This document shows, one piece after another, positions 38,585-47,601 of a stretch of DNA of 64,000 nucleotides. The DNA lies in NCBI GenBank assembly GCA_964384825.1, contig CAYLMM010000005.1:4417-68416 (forward strand), read 5' to 3'. A program made the translations under genes and the position numbers. Each line of letters starts with the position of its first letter. Positions within the stretch are counted from its first letter, which is position 1. Under the pieces are notes generated by a model. The model was not told the origin of the DNA and did not search any database. It saw nothing but the letters and a program-made list of their open reading frames with translations. Source of the DNA: an uncultured Fibrobacteraceae bacterium. GTDB taxonomy: Bacteria; Krumholzibacteriota; Krumholzibacteriia; LZORAL124-64-63.

Positions 38585-39586
38585 ATGAAGAACACACGCG
38601 GACACGATTGTCACGAAGTGGTGCCGCGGACGCACGCGGGATCCGGAATCCTGCATCACCCCTCGATTCCGGGTCCCCGCGCCGTCTGGCTGTTGCTCGG
38701 TCTGCTGGTTCTGGTCGCTCCGCTGCTTCTGGTGGGCGGGTGCGACGATGACGAAGTCGTCGCCGTCCCTGTCGATCAGACTCCGCCGCCGGTGCCCACG
38801 GGCATCTTCTCGGTGACCGGAGACGGCTTTGTGACCGTCTACTGGAACGATATCTACGACGAGGATCTGGCCGGCTACGACGTCTACCGCTACCAGGGCG
38901 ACGACCCGGTCGGCGGAGCCTACAACTACATCGGTTCGGTAGCCTGGGACGAGAATTTCGATTCCGAATCCCTGCTGCACTGGTTCGACGACCTGAACGT
39001 CGTGAATGGGGAGACCTACTATTACGCCGTGCTGGCCTATGATTATGCAGGCAACGAGAGCTATCTCAGTTTCGAGACCATCGTCGATACCCCGCGGCCG
39101 GCAGGCTACGATCTGGTCGTATTCGACCGCGCCGCTTCGCCGATCCGGTCGGGTGTCGATTTCTACGATTTCGATATGATGATCGGCGCCGAAGCTGTTC
39201 CCTACGACGCCGTGGACGCCGATGTCTATGTGACCTTCAGCGATGGCGTGCCTTTCGTGGAAGCGGCCCGGGAAGGGATCCTGCTGCAGGATTACGGCAC
39301 CGTGCTGCTGGACTGGGCGGACTACGCGCCCGCGGACGGGTATTCCGCCACGGGCCGGCTTGAACTGATCACCGGGCACGCCTACATCGTGCGGATCGTC
39401 GAGGAATACGAGATCGGCGGGACGCCGATCCAGGAATTGCATTACGCCAAATTCGGCGTCACCGCCATCGGTGCGGACGCCGTGACGATCGACTGGGCCT
39501 ACCAGGTCGATCGTGAAAATCCGGAGCTGGGCGCGCCCGACGGGCCGCCCGCGGCCGGAGGCGGAGCCGCCGTCGTGCGGTTCTGA
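38585..39586 (+). CDS. lipoprotein with fibronectin type III-like domain
   Basis: AGGAG RBS. Lipobox 'LLLVGGCDDD'. 'FSVTGDGFVTVYWNDIYDEDLAGYDVYRY...GETYYYAVLAYDYAGNES' is an FN3 signature. Confidence 0.55.
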   Translation: MKNTRGHDCHEVVPRTHAGSGILHHPSIPGPRAVWLLLGLLVLVAPLLLVGGCDDDEVVAVPVDQTPPPVPTGIFSVTGDGFVTVYWNDIYDEDLAGYDVYRYQGDDPVGGAYNYIGSVAWDENFDSESLLHWFDDLNVVNGETYYYAVLAYDYAGNESYLSFETIVDTPRPAGYDLVVFDRAASPIRSGVDFYDFDMMIGAEAVPYDAVDADVYVTFSDGVPFVEAAREGILLQDYGTVLLDWADYAPADGYSATGRLELITGHAYIVRIVEEYEIGGTPIQELHYAKFGVTAIGADAVTIDWAYQVDRENPELGAPDGPPAAGGGAAVVRF

Positions 39587-39592
39587 TAAAAC

Positions 39593-39609
39593 CGGACGGA
39601 TTATCCGTC
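39593..39609 (+). other. perfect hairpin ggacgga-tta-tccgtcc in the 35-bp gap between the FN3 lipoprotein and DUF4384 genes
   Basis: 7-bp stem, 3-nt loop and no U-tract, directly upstream of the GGGAGG RBS of the next gene. Confidence 0.35.
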
Positions 39610-39621
39610 CATGCCGGGAGG

Positions 39622-41385
39622 ATGACCATGGGACGCAAGGAGAAACGATACGATCGCTGCGAGCGGCGGAACTGCCGGGTTCTGCGGGCGGTGGTCCGTT
39701 CCGCCCTGCTCCTGTCGGCGATGGCCTTGCTGCTGACCGTGCCCGGAGCCGGCCTCGCCGCCGAGCGGGAGCAGTGGACGGATTACGACGCCCAGCCGTT
39801 GCGCGTGAACATCTGGCACGACCGCGACGAGGGCGACGTCTATCGGCGCGGCGAATCGGTTCGGGTCCACTTCGAGACCAAGCAGGACGCCTACGCGGTC
39901 GTCTATCGCATCGACGCCTCCGGCGAGGTGACGGTTCTCTGGCCGCGCAGCCGCATGGATGACGGATTCGTGTTCGGCGGGCACGTGTACAACCTGCCGT
40001 CGCCGGGCGCGCCGCGCATCAAGGTCGGGGCGGAGGACGGCATCGAATACATCGAGGCCGTGGTCTCGCTCTATCCCTTCGATCTGCGCGGTCTGGATCT
40101 CGATTTCCATCATGAGCGCGAGGATGTTTCCCGGGCGTTCTTCGTTGCGGGAGATCCCTTCCTGGCCATGAACGAGATCAACCACGAGATCACCGGGCTC
40201 GAGGATCCCGCGGACTTCGTGGTCACCAACTACACCAACTACTACGTCGGGCGCGAGGTGGCGCATCCGCGTTACATGTGCAGCCAGTGCCACGATGACG
40301 ACGTGCGGTACGAACCCTACCGCGACACCTGCTCCATCGAGATCCACTACGATTACGGCTGGTACAACGACTGGTACGGCCGCTACGGGTACTATCCGGT
40401 CTATTACTATCCGGCCTACTACTACGTCGATCCCTGGACATGGAGCCCGTGGGTGAACTACTGGTACCGTCCGTGGTACCGCTGGCCCGGCGGTTTCGCC
40501 TACAGCTGGGGCTGGGATTGCTACGTCTGGAACTACTCGCCCTACTGGCGGGGGGATTCCTGGGTTCGCTACAAGGCGGGCAACCGTCGCTACCGGCCTC
40601 TGGACAAGGGCGTCCGCTACAAGAGCCTGGCCGACGGCACTCCCTTCAATAATCCGAAAGGATTGGTCAAGACGGGTCGTCCGACGGCCGACATGGAATC
40701 GACGCTGCGGACCAAGACGATCGTCGCGCGTCCCGGGTCGAAGCCGGGCGGGGACGTGGCCAAGTCTCCGACCGCGGACAGGAAGATCTACAAGAACGTG
40801 GCCGCGCGCGATCGCGCGCCCGCCGTCATCGACAGGAGCGCCGCGCAGAAGTCCAAGGCCGGGCTGCGGATTCCCGGCGGTAGCCGCAGCAGCACCATCT
40901 CCACCGGCAAGGGCGCCCGGACGTTGTCCGGGAGCCGCGCGACCTCGTCGAGCCGGGTGAAATCGGTACCGCAGAGCGGGGCGTCCGGGAGTTCCGGGGA
41001 CAAGGTCCTGAAATCCCGTTCCGGCGGGGCCGCGAAGTCCAGCGGGACGGTGCGCAAATCGGTCGTGCCGCTGGAGAAGGGCTCGCGCGTCTGGAAGGGG
41101 CGCGGGGATACCGCCAAGTCTTCCGGCAAGGCGCAGGATTCCGCGGTCAGGAACCGGAACACCTCGGGCAAGTCGGGAACCGGCGGATCGTCCATCAGGG
41201 AATCCGGATCGAACCCGCAGCGCGAGCCGCGCAAGTCGCCCACGGTGAAGCCGGTGCCGCGCGGGGGATCTTCGCCGGTCAAGCGGCCCGCGCCGGTCAA
41301 GAGGTCGTCGCCGCGCAGCGGCAACCAGTCGAACGGCAAGTCCGGCGGCTCGACGACCAAGAACACCGGCGGCGGCCGGCGATGA
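39622..41385 (+). CDS. secreted DUF4384-domain protein with CXXCH motif, an extreme Tyr/Trp-rich segment and a long Ser/Gly/Lys/Arg-rich tail
   Basis: Signal/TM 'ALLLSAMALLLTVPGAGLAAE'. 'VRVHFETKQDAYAVVYRIDASGEVTVLWP' is the DUF4384 core. 'CSQCH' at 40279-40293. 'YDYGWYNDWYGRYGYYPVYYYPAYYYVDPWTWSPWVNYWYRPWYRWPGGFAYSWGWDCYVWNYSPYW' (~40340-40560). The tail of ~270 aa is S/G/K/R/T-rich low complexity. Confidence 0.6.
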   Translation: MTMGRKEKRYDRCERRNCRVLRAVVRSALLLSAMALLLTVPGAGLAAEREQWTDYDAQPLRVNIWHDRDEGDVYRRGESVRVHFETKQDAYAVVYRIDASGEVTVLWPRSRMDDGFVFGGHVYNLPSPGAPRIKVGAEDGIEYIEAVVSLYPFDLRGLDLDFHHEREDVSRAFFVAGDPFLAMNEINHEITGLEDPADFVVTNYTNYYVGREVAHPRYMCSQCHDDDVRYEPYRDTCSIEIHYDYGWYNDWYGRYGYYPVYYYPAYYYVDPWTWSPWVNYWYRPWYRWPGGFAYSWGWDCYVWNYSPYWRGDSWVRYKAGNRRYRPLDKGVRYKSLADGTPFNNPKGLVKTGRPTADMESTLRTKTIVARPGSKPGGDVAKSPTADRKIYKNVAARDRAPAVIDRSAAQKSKAGLRIPGGSRSSTISTGKGARTLSGSRATSSSRVKSVPQSGASGSSGDKVLKSRSGGAAKSSGTVRKSVVPLEKGSRVWKGRGDTAKSSGKAQDSAVRNRNTSGKSGTGGSSIRESGSNPQREPRKSPTVKPVPRGGSSPVKRPAPVKRSSPRSGNQSNGKSGGSTTKNTGGGRR

Positions 41386-41612
41386 GACCGGTTGTTGTTG
41401 CCGGTTGCCGATCGGCATGATCTTATTCATCTGGCGGGACGGGAACGCGCCCGGATCCTTGAAGAGGTTGGCACCCGAGAGGGAACGGAACGGCGCCCGA
41501 CCCGCCAGGAGTTTTCCAGTGGAACGCGGTGGGGCTGGAGCAGAAGGATTGCCGATCAGGGGCGGCAATGACGATGCTTCGGTCCCACCGGTGTTTATGG
41601 GCGCCTGATAAA

Positions 41613-41641
41613 TTGACGCCTGCATGGACGCTCTCTATAAT
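41613..41641 (+). promoter_or_regulatory. strong sigma-70-type promoter TTGACG-N17-TATAAT
   Basis: -35 TTGACG at 41613-18, exactly 17 nt spacer, perfect TATAAT at 41636-41, about 50 nt upstream of ATG 41695. Confidence 0.55.
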
Positions 41642-41694
41642 GCGCTGCGTTCCCCATCATCAGCATCCGGATTTCCGGGAAAGGCCCGCACTCA

Positions 41695-44600
41695 ATGCGC
41701 ATTAAGATATTCCGAGCCTTGTCTTTGATCGCCGCTTCCCTCGCCTGTCTGGGGGCCGTGGATGCTCTCGCCGATACGGCGGCGCATCCCTTGGCCGCGG
41801 CGTCCGACAGGGGCTTCCAGCGGCAACTGTACCGATCGGCCGAGCGTCTCGGTCTGGACGGGGATCCGTCCCTGCAGGCCGCGCGGCTCGATGGCCGCGG
41901 CGCTCCCGACAGCCTGAACGCCGTCGTGCTGCTCTGCGTGTTCGCCGACAGCCTGTTCTACAGCCAGGACGGTCCCGCCGATCAGCGTCAGATCTCGCTT
42001 CCCTTCGCTCCCTACGCCGCCCACGATTCGACCTTTTTCGATCACCAGATGCGGGATGTGGCCGCCTATTTCGACGCGGTCAGCGGCGGGAAGTTTACCT
42101 TTGCGTTCACGATCCATCCCGAATTCGTCGAACTGCCGCGGGGGATGGGGTGGTACGGCGACAACGAGGAGCATGGCGAGTACCGGGCGGGGCTGGTCGA
42201 GGACTCGATTCTCGGAGCCGACGCCGATGTCGATTTCTCGCTCTACGACACGGTCGTGCTGATCCACGCCGGAGCGGGCGAAGAGACCGACATCCTGGGG
42301 AACTCGCCGGAGCAGATCTACAGCGGGTACATGGGGCCGGACGACTTCGTGGCGGCGGTCGCCGATACGCTGCTCGAAGTACCCTACATAGAGACCGACG
42401 ACGTGATGCCGGGCGGCGAACCCGCGCGGGTGCGGCACGTGCTCGTGCTGCCGGAGAACGAATTCCAGGATTCCTACATGGGGTACGGCGGGTTCTACGG
42501 ATCCCTGGGGGTCTACTGCTTCGAGGTCGGGTTGCGGCTGGGCATGCTGTCGCTGAGCGACGCGACGCCGGCGGGCGTTCCCGACAGCCAAGGGATCGGC
42601 AACTTCGGCCTTATGGGTTACGGATTGTTCGTCGGGGCCGGCTACATCCCGTCGCATCCCTGCGCCTTCAACAAGGTTCTGATGGGCTGGCTGGATCCGG
42701 TGGCCGTGGATCCGGCTGCGGGCGGGTTCTGGAACCTGCCGCCGGTCGAGGGGGAGAGCGGGACCTGCGCCCGGGTCGACATTTCGGACCGGGAATACTG
42801 GTTGCTGGAGTACCGGCTGCAGGATCCGGACGGCAACGGGATCTTCTCGCTGCCGGGCGATCTGAACGGGAACAACATCCCCGATTTCTACGACGATGAC
42901 GGTCCGGACGGGTGGCCGGTCGGATACTTCGATCCCGCCGTCGACCGGCGCGAATGGCTGGACGGTTCGGAATTCGATTTCTACATGAGCGAGAATTCGG
43001 CCCGGGCGCAAGGTGTCAAGGGCGCCGGGAGCGGGCTCTATATCTGGCATGTCGACGAGGGCGTGATCCGCGACGCATTCGCCGGCGGGGAACGCGTCTT
43101 CAATTCGAACGCCGAACGCAAGGCTGTCGATCTGGAAGAGGCCGACGGCATCCAGGACCTGGACACCCGCGTGGGGACGCCGTTTCTGCTCGGCGGCGAC
43201 GACGACGCTTTCCGGGGCGAGGGCGCCGTCAGGTTCGGACCCGATACCAGGCCCTCGACCGCGACTGCCGGGGGGGCGTTCACCGGACTGGTCCTGGACT
43301 CGATCTCCCCGGTCGTGGCGGATTCCTCCCATGTGCCCGCCGGCGAAACGGCTCCGGTGATCCTCTATGCGCCGAGCATGAGTTTCCGCTGCAGCGTGGA
43401 ATCCGTCGGCATCGGAGACGCCGATCTGATTGCAGCGGTCGATCTGCCGGGCGTGGACCTGACCGGGATGCATCCCCTGGCGGCGGACCTGGACGTGCCG
43501 GCAGACGGCACCCGCGAGATCGTGCTGGCGGGTTCCGGGGGGCGCGTTTTCGCTTTCCGCGCCGACCTGTCCTCTCTGGCCGCCGCCCCCGCCGAGCGGG
43601 GCCTGCTGGCCCTGGGCACCGACGCGGACGGCGAACCGGCGGAATGGATCGGCCCGCCGGCTGTCGGGGACGTGGACCGGGACGGGCGTCCGGAGATCGT
43701 GCTGGCCGCGACGACCGGCCTCTACGTGTTCAACGGCGAGGACGGCTCCGAATACGCGGACATGGACGCGGATACCGACAGCTACGGCTTGATGCTGCCC
43801 ACCGCGGACATCGTTCAGCCGCTCCTGCTGCTGTCGCGGACGGACGTTCCGCAGTTCGCCGACATCGTGCTGGCGATGGAATCCGACAGCGGCGGCGCCT
43901 CCCTGATGCGCGTCGATGTCGCCGGGGACGGGGATGTTGCGATGCCGCTGCCCGAGCCCGCAGGCTCCTTCGCGGCCCCGCCCGTGTTCTGGGGCGGCAG
44001 GCTCTGGGCGCTGACCGTCGATGACCCGGGCGGCGCGCTGCTGCAGACTGCCGACGATGTCGTTGCCCTGCCCGCGGAACCTTCGGGCCTGAGGCCCCTG
44101 GCGGTTGGCGACGCCCTGCTGATCCCGCTGATCGAGGGCGACGCGGTCCTGGCCGTGGACCCCGGCGATCCCCGGATCCGCAGCTGGCAGGGCCCGGCGC
44201 TGCTTTCGCCGCCCGTTCCGGGCGTGGCGTTCATCTCCGAGGGCGCGTTCAACGTCTGCGGCGTGGAAGGATTTCCGCGGACCGGATGGCCGCGGCGACC
44301 GATCGATGCCGTCGAGCCGGGGCCGGGCGCCGCCGCGGCCGGCCCCGCCGTGATCGAGACCGCCGCCGGCGATCCGCTCTATCTCTTCGCGGCCCGGGAC
44401 GGCCGCCTGATGCTCTACGATTCCCGGGGAGAGGTTCCGGGAAACCTCTCGACCCTGGCGGGTCCCGGCGACGCGGCCGGGTCGCCGCTGATGATGGATC
44501 TCGGGGGGGACGGCGGGATCGATATAGTCGCGGCCGGGTCGTTCCCCCGGCTGACGGGCATCGATCCGGATTCCGGCGAGCCGGCGACCGAACCGTCCTC

Positions 44601-45012
44601 GAGCGTCATGCGATGGCGCATCGACGGGTTCGCCGCCGGGCGCGAGATCTGGCCGCAGTGGGGAGGCACGCCGCTGCGCTCGGCCGCGGCTCCCGAAGCC
44701 GGCGGCGGACCGGGCGAGGGGGACGGGTTGCTGGCGCCGGGCGGCGGCATCTGCTATCCGAATCCGCTGGGCGCGGGGCCGCTGCACGTGCGCGCCGAGG
44801 CCCTCGTCGATTGCGAGATATCGGTGACGTTGTACAACCTGGAAGGGGAGGTCGTGGCCTCGCCGCCGTCGGTGACGGCGATCGCCGGCGATCCGATAGA
44901 AGTGCTGCTGTCCGTGGACGGGGCTGCTTCCGGCGTTTATCTTTGCCGGTTGGAAGCCCGCGCCGGGGGCCGTACCGAAAAGAGCATCCGTCCCGTCGCG
45001 ATCGAGCGTTGA
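41695..45012 (+). CDS. large secreted M6/InhA-like domain protein (no canonical HExxH seen) with repeat-rich middle and T9SS type-A CTD
   Basis: Signal peptide 'MRIKIFRALSLIAASLACLGAVDALA'. The N-domain 'AVVLLCVFADS...VVLIHAGAGEE' resembles the immune-inhibitor-A (M6) fold. The C-terminal 'ICYPNPLGAGPLHVRAEALVDCEISVTLYNLEGEVV...SGVYLCRLEARAGG' is a T9SS CTD. 1105 aa. Confidence 0.5.
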   Translation: MRIKIFRALSLIAASLACLGAVDALADTAAHPLAAASDRGFQRQLYRSAERLGLDGDPSLQAARLDGRGAPDSLNAVVLLCVFADSLFYSQDGPADQRQISLPFAPYAAHDSTFFDHQMRDVAAYFDAVSGGKFTFAFTIHPEFVELPRGMGWYGDNEEHGEYRAGLVEDSILGADADVDFSLYDTVVLIHAGAGEETDILGNSPEQIYSGYMGPDDFVAAVADTLLEVPYIETDDVMPGGEPARVRHVLVLPENEFQDSYMGYGGFYGSLGVYCFEVGLRLGMLSLSDATPAGVPDSQGIGNFGLMGYGLFVGAGYIPSHPCAFNKVLMGWLDPVAVDPAAGGFWNLPPVEGESGTCARVDISDREYWLLEYRLQDPDGNGIFSLPGDLNGNNIPDFYDDDGPDGWPVGYFDPAVDRREWLDGSEFDFYMSENSARAQGVKGAGSGLYIWHVDEGVIRDAFAGGERVFNSNAERKAVDLEEADGIQDLDTRVGTPFLLGGDDDAFRGEGAVRFGPDTRPSTATAGGAFTGLVLDSISPVVADSSHVPAGETAPVILYAPSMSFRCSVESVGIGDADLIAAVDLPGVDLTGMHPLAADLDVPADGTREIVLAGSGGRVFAFRADLSSLAAAPAERGLLALGTDADGEPAEWIGPPAVGDVDRDGRPEIVLAATTGLYVFNGEDGSEYADMDADTDSYGLMLPTADIVQPLLLLSRTDVPQFADIVLAMESDSGGASLMRVDVAGDGDVAMPLPEPAGSFAAPPVFWGGRLWALTVDDPGGALLQTADDVVALPAEPSGLRPLAVGDALLIPLIEGDAVLAVDPGDPRIRSWQGPALLSPPVPGVAFISEGAFNVCGVEGFPRTGWPRRPIDAVEPGPGAAAAGPAVIETAAGDPLYLFAARDGRLMLYDSRGEVPGNLSTLAGPGDAAGSPLMMDLGGDGGIDIVAAGSFPRLTGIDPDSGEPATEPSSSVMRWRIDGFAAGREIWPQWGGTPLRSAAAPEAGGGPGEGDGLLAPGGGICYPNPLGAGPLHVRAEALVDCEISVTLYNLEGEVVASPPSVTAIAGDPIEVLLSVDGAASGVYLCRLEARAGGRTEKSIRPVAIER

Positions 45013-45092
45013 GACGCCGCGACGAGGCTGCAGGCCGGACGACCTTCTCCCGGATACCGGGCGGCGGCGGCGGCGATGAGACAGGAAGAGAG

Positions 45093-46034
45093 ATGACGTC
45101 GAGAAACAGCGCGAGCCTTGCGACGGTCCTGATGGTCCTTCTGGCGGGGATCCTCGCCGCCGCGGCTCCCGCCGCTGCCGGCGGAGACCCCGGCGACGCC
45201 GGATTCCTGTCGCTGCGCTTCCCGGTCGGGGCGCGGGAGACCGGAATGGGCGGGGCGGGAGTGGGCGCGGCCACCGGCGCCGCGGCCGTCTACTGGAACC
45301 CGGCCCGTCTGGCCTTCGAGCAGAAGGGCACCGATCTGCTCCTGCAGCATCAGAGGCTCTACGATCTGTTCGACAAGGAAACGGCGATCGTGGCCCACAA
45401 GACCGGTTCCGGAGCGCTGGGATTCTTCTTCTCGGGATTCTATTCCGACGACATCGAACGCTACGGCACCGAGCCGGTGGGCGTGCCCGAGGGATCGTTC
45501 AATCCCCAGCAGGTGGCGTTCGGGGTCTCCTATTCGCGGATGTTGAGTTCCGATCTGGCTGCGGGCCTGACCGTGAAATACCTGCACGAGGAGATCGACG
45601 TCTACGACGGTTCGAGCTTCGCTTTCGACATCTCGGTCGCGCACAAGGCCGTCGTCGAGGGATTGTGGCTCGGCGCCTCGCTGCAGAACCTGGGTTCGGG
45701 GATCAAGCTCAACGAGGTGGAGTACGACCTGCCCGTGACCCTGCGGGTCGGCATGGCCTACGATCCCACCCTGCCGTTCTTCGCCGGGAACGTCAGCTTC
45801 GCCGCCGACGTCCTGGTGCCCAACGACGGCAACGAGAAGGCGCATGTCGGCGTCGAGTACCGTCTGATGGACGTCCTGTCGCTGAGGGCGGGGACCAAGA
45901 TCAACTACGAGTCCCAGGGGCTGACCGCCGGCGCCGGCTTCCGCCGCGGCCGGGTCGAGGTGGGCTACGCCTACGAAGACATGGAAAACGATCTCGACGA
46001 TTCTCATCGTTTCGTGGTCGAACTGCATTACTAG
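45093..46034 (+). CDS. PorV/PorQ-like outer-membrane beta-barrel (T9SS-associated family)
   Basis: AGGAAGAGAG RBS. Signal peptide 'MTSRNSASLATVLMVLLAGILAAAAPAAA'. 'FLSLRFPVGARETGMGGAGVGAATGAAAVYWNPARLA' matches the PorV/PorQ/UPF0164 N-terminal signature. The protein has an alternating beta-strand pattern and ends '...RFVVELHY'. Confidence 0.55.
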   Translation: MTSRNSASLATVLMVLLAGILAAAAPAAAGGDPGDAGFLSLRFPVGARETGMGGAGVGAATGAAAVYWNPARLAFEQKGTDLLLQHQRLYDLFDKETAIVAHKTGSGALGFFFSGFYSDDIERYGTEPVGVPEGSFNPQQVAFGVSYSRMLSSDLAAGLTVKYLHEEIDVYDGSSFAFDISVAHKAVVEGLWLGASLQNLGSGIKLNEVEYDLPVTLRVGMAYDPTLPFFAGNVSFAADVLVPNDGNEKAHVGVEYRLMDVLSLRAGTKINYESQGLTAGAGFRRGRVEVGYAYEDMENDLDDSHRFVVELHY

Positions 46035-46040
46035 CGGGAA

Positions 46041-46793
46041 TCAGAGACCCGGGGGAGGGCCGTCGCAGAAGTCCAGAAGCTCCAGGCGCCCCTCCCGGAT
46101 CAATCCGTAGCCCTCGCGTCCGAGCCAGCCTCCGAGCGCCGCCAGGCGGCGTCCCCCGTGTTCCACGACGAACGGATGATGGACATGGCCGATCACGGCC
46201 GTGTCCCAGTCTCCGCGCATGTGCCGCAGGCGTTGCAGGGCGAGCTGCTCGATGCGGTCGGCCTCGTCGCGGGTCGCGGCGCGGCTGCGGCCGCTGAGCC
46301 AGGTGGAGATGGCGTAGAGGATCTCCGGATGGAGGGATTTGGCCAGCAGGACCCCCGCCCGGCGCCGCACGATCCAGCGGAAGGCGGCGTAGGCCAGGTC
46401 GCGGCCGAGCAGGCCGTCGCCGTGGATCATCCGGAACCTGGTGCCGCCGAGTTCCAGGGTCGTCGCCTCGCCGTCGGCCGAGCAGCCGTAGCGGCGGTGG
46501 AGATAGCCGGCCGCCCAGATGTCGTGGTTGCCGCCCACGAAGTGGATCCGCGTTCCGCTCTCGCGGACGCGGTCGAGGGCCTGCAGCAACCGTTCGTAGC
46601 CCTTGAGCCGGAAGTGGGGGTAATCGAACCAGAAATCGAAGATATCGCCGAGCATGACCAGATGGTCCGCCCGGCGACCGGTCTCGAGCAGTTCGAGGAA
46701 ACGGGCGAGCCGGGCCTTTTCCGCCGGGTCCGGGTCGAGATGGAAATGCGTGTCGGCCACCAGCAGCGCGGTGGCGGAAGTGTTGTTGCCCAT
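46041..46793 (-). CDS. lpxH: UDP-2,3-diacylglucosamine diphosphatase
   Basis: 'LLVADTHFH...DHLVMLGDIFDFW...GNHD' are calcineurin-like metallophosphoesterase motifs. The LpxH-specific C-terminal 'GHVHHP' is present. Confidence 0.7.
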   Translation of the reverse strand: MGNNTSATALLVADTHFHLDPDPAEKARLARFLELLETGRRADHLVMLGDIFDFWFDYPHFRLKGYERLLQALDRVRESGTRIHFVGGNHDIWAAGYLHRRYGCSADGEATTLELGGTRFRMIHGDGLLGRDLAYAAFRWIVRRRAGVLLAKSLHPEILYAISTWLSGRSRAATRDEADRIEQLALQRLRHMRGDWDTAVIGHVHHPFVVEHGGRRLAALGGWLGREGYGLIREGRLELLDFCDGPPPGL

Positions 46794-46881
46794 AGGCGCA
46801 AACTAGTATATGAATGCCGGCAGGGGGGCAACCATTATCTGCAGTGATGGCGTGAAGCCGGAATGGATTCGAGGAGGAGAC

Positions 46882-47397
46882 ATGGCGCTCTGGGAGGAAG
46901 TGAAGAGGAATCTGAGGGATTGGTACGGAACCGCCGCCGACAAGACCGGGGAACTGGCCAAGGTGGGTCTGCGGCGCTACGACATCTTCGGAATCAGCCG
47001 GGATATCGAGAGGCATTTCAGCGAGATCGGCAGCTTCGTCTACACGGCTGTCAACGAGGGGCGGACAGGTTTCGCCGAGGATCCGGTCCTGATGGGCCTG
47101 GTTGAGCAGGTTCGGGGACTCGAAGGCGAATTGAAGGCCAAGAAGCGGGAGATCGAGGAGATACGCGAGGAGGCTCGCCGCCGGAGCGAGAAAGAAGCCG
47201 CTGCCGCAGCTTCCGCAGCCGATCCCGCCGCACAGGGGGATTTCGTCGATGCCGATCCCGACGATATCGAGTATGCCGATTTCGAGCCCGCCGATACGGC
47301 CGGTCCTGACGCCGCGGACGCGGGCGCCGGATTCACGGCCGAGGAGCCCGGGGAGTCGGAGGAGCCCGGGGAGTCGGAGGAGCCCGAGAGGATTTGA
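46882..47397 (+). CDS. hypothetical coiled-coil protein with acidic tail containing an (EEPGES)n repeat
   Basis: GAGGAGGAGAC RBS. Coiled-coil 'GLEGELKAKKREIEEIREEARRRSEKE'. An 18-bp tandem repeat at 47341..47388 encodes 'EEPGESEEPGESEEPE'. Confidence 0.45.
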   Translation: MALWEEVKRNLRDWYGTAADKTGELAKVGLRRYDIFGISRDIERHFSEIGSFVYTAVNEGRTGFAEDPVLMGLVEQVRGLEGELKAKKREIEEIREEARRRSEKEAAAAASAADPAAQGDFVDADPDDIEYADFEPADTAGPDAADAGAGFTAEEPGESEEPGESEEPERI

Positions 47398-47601
47398 TTC
47401 CGGGCTTTCATTTGCAGAGCCGCCGAGGCCTTGACGGGGCTCGGCGGTTTCTGCTACACTGCCGATGTCGTTCCCTGCATACGCGGCCGTCCCCATGGCC
47501 GCAGGATATTTTCCCTTCCACCGTTGCGCTTCGGCGAAACGGGGCCAGCGCCCCGTTGTCTCCGGCGAACCCGTACCCGGCCCCCGGGCCTGGAGGACGG
47601 A

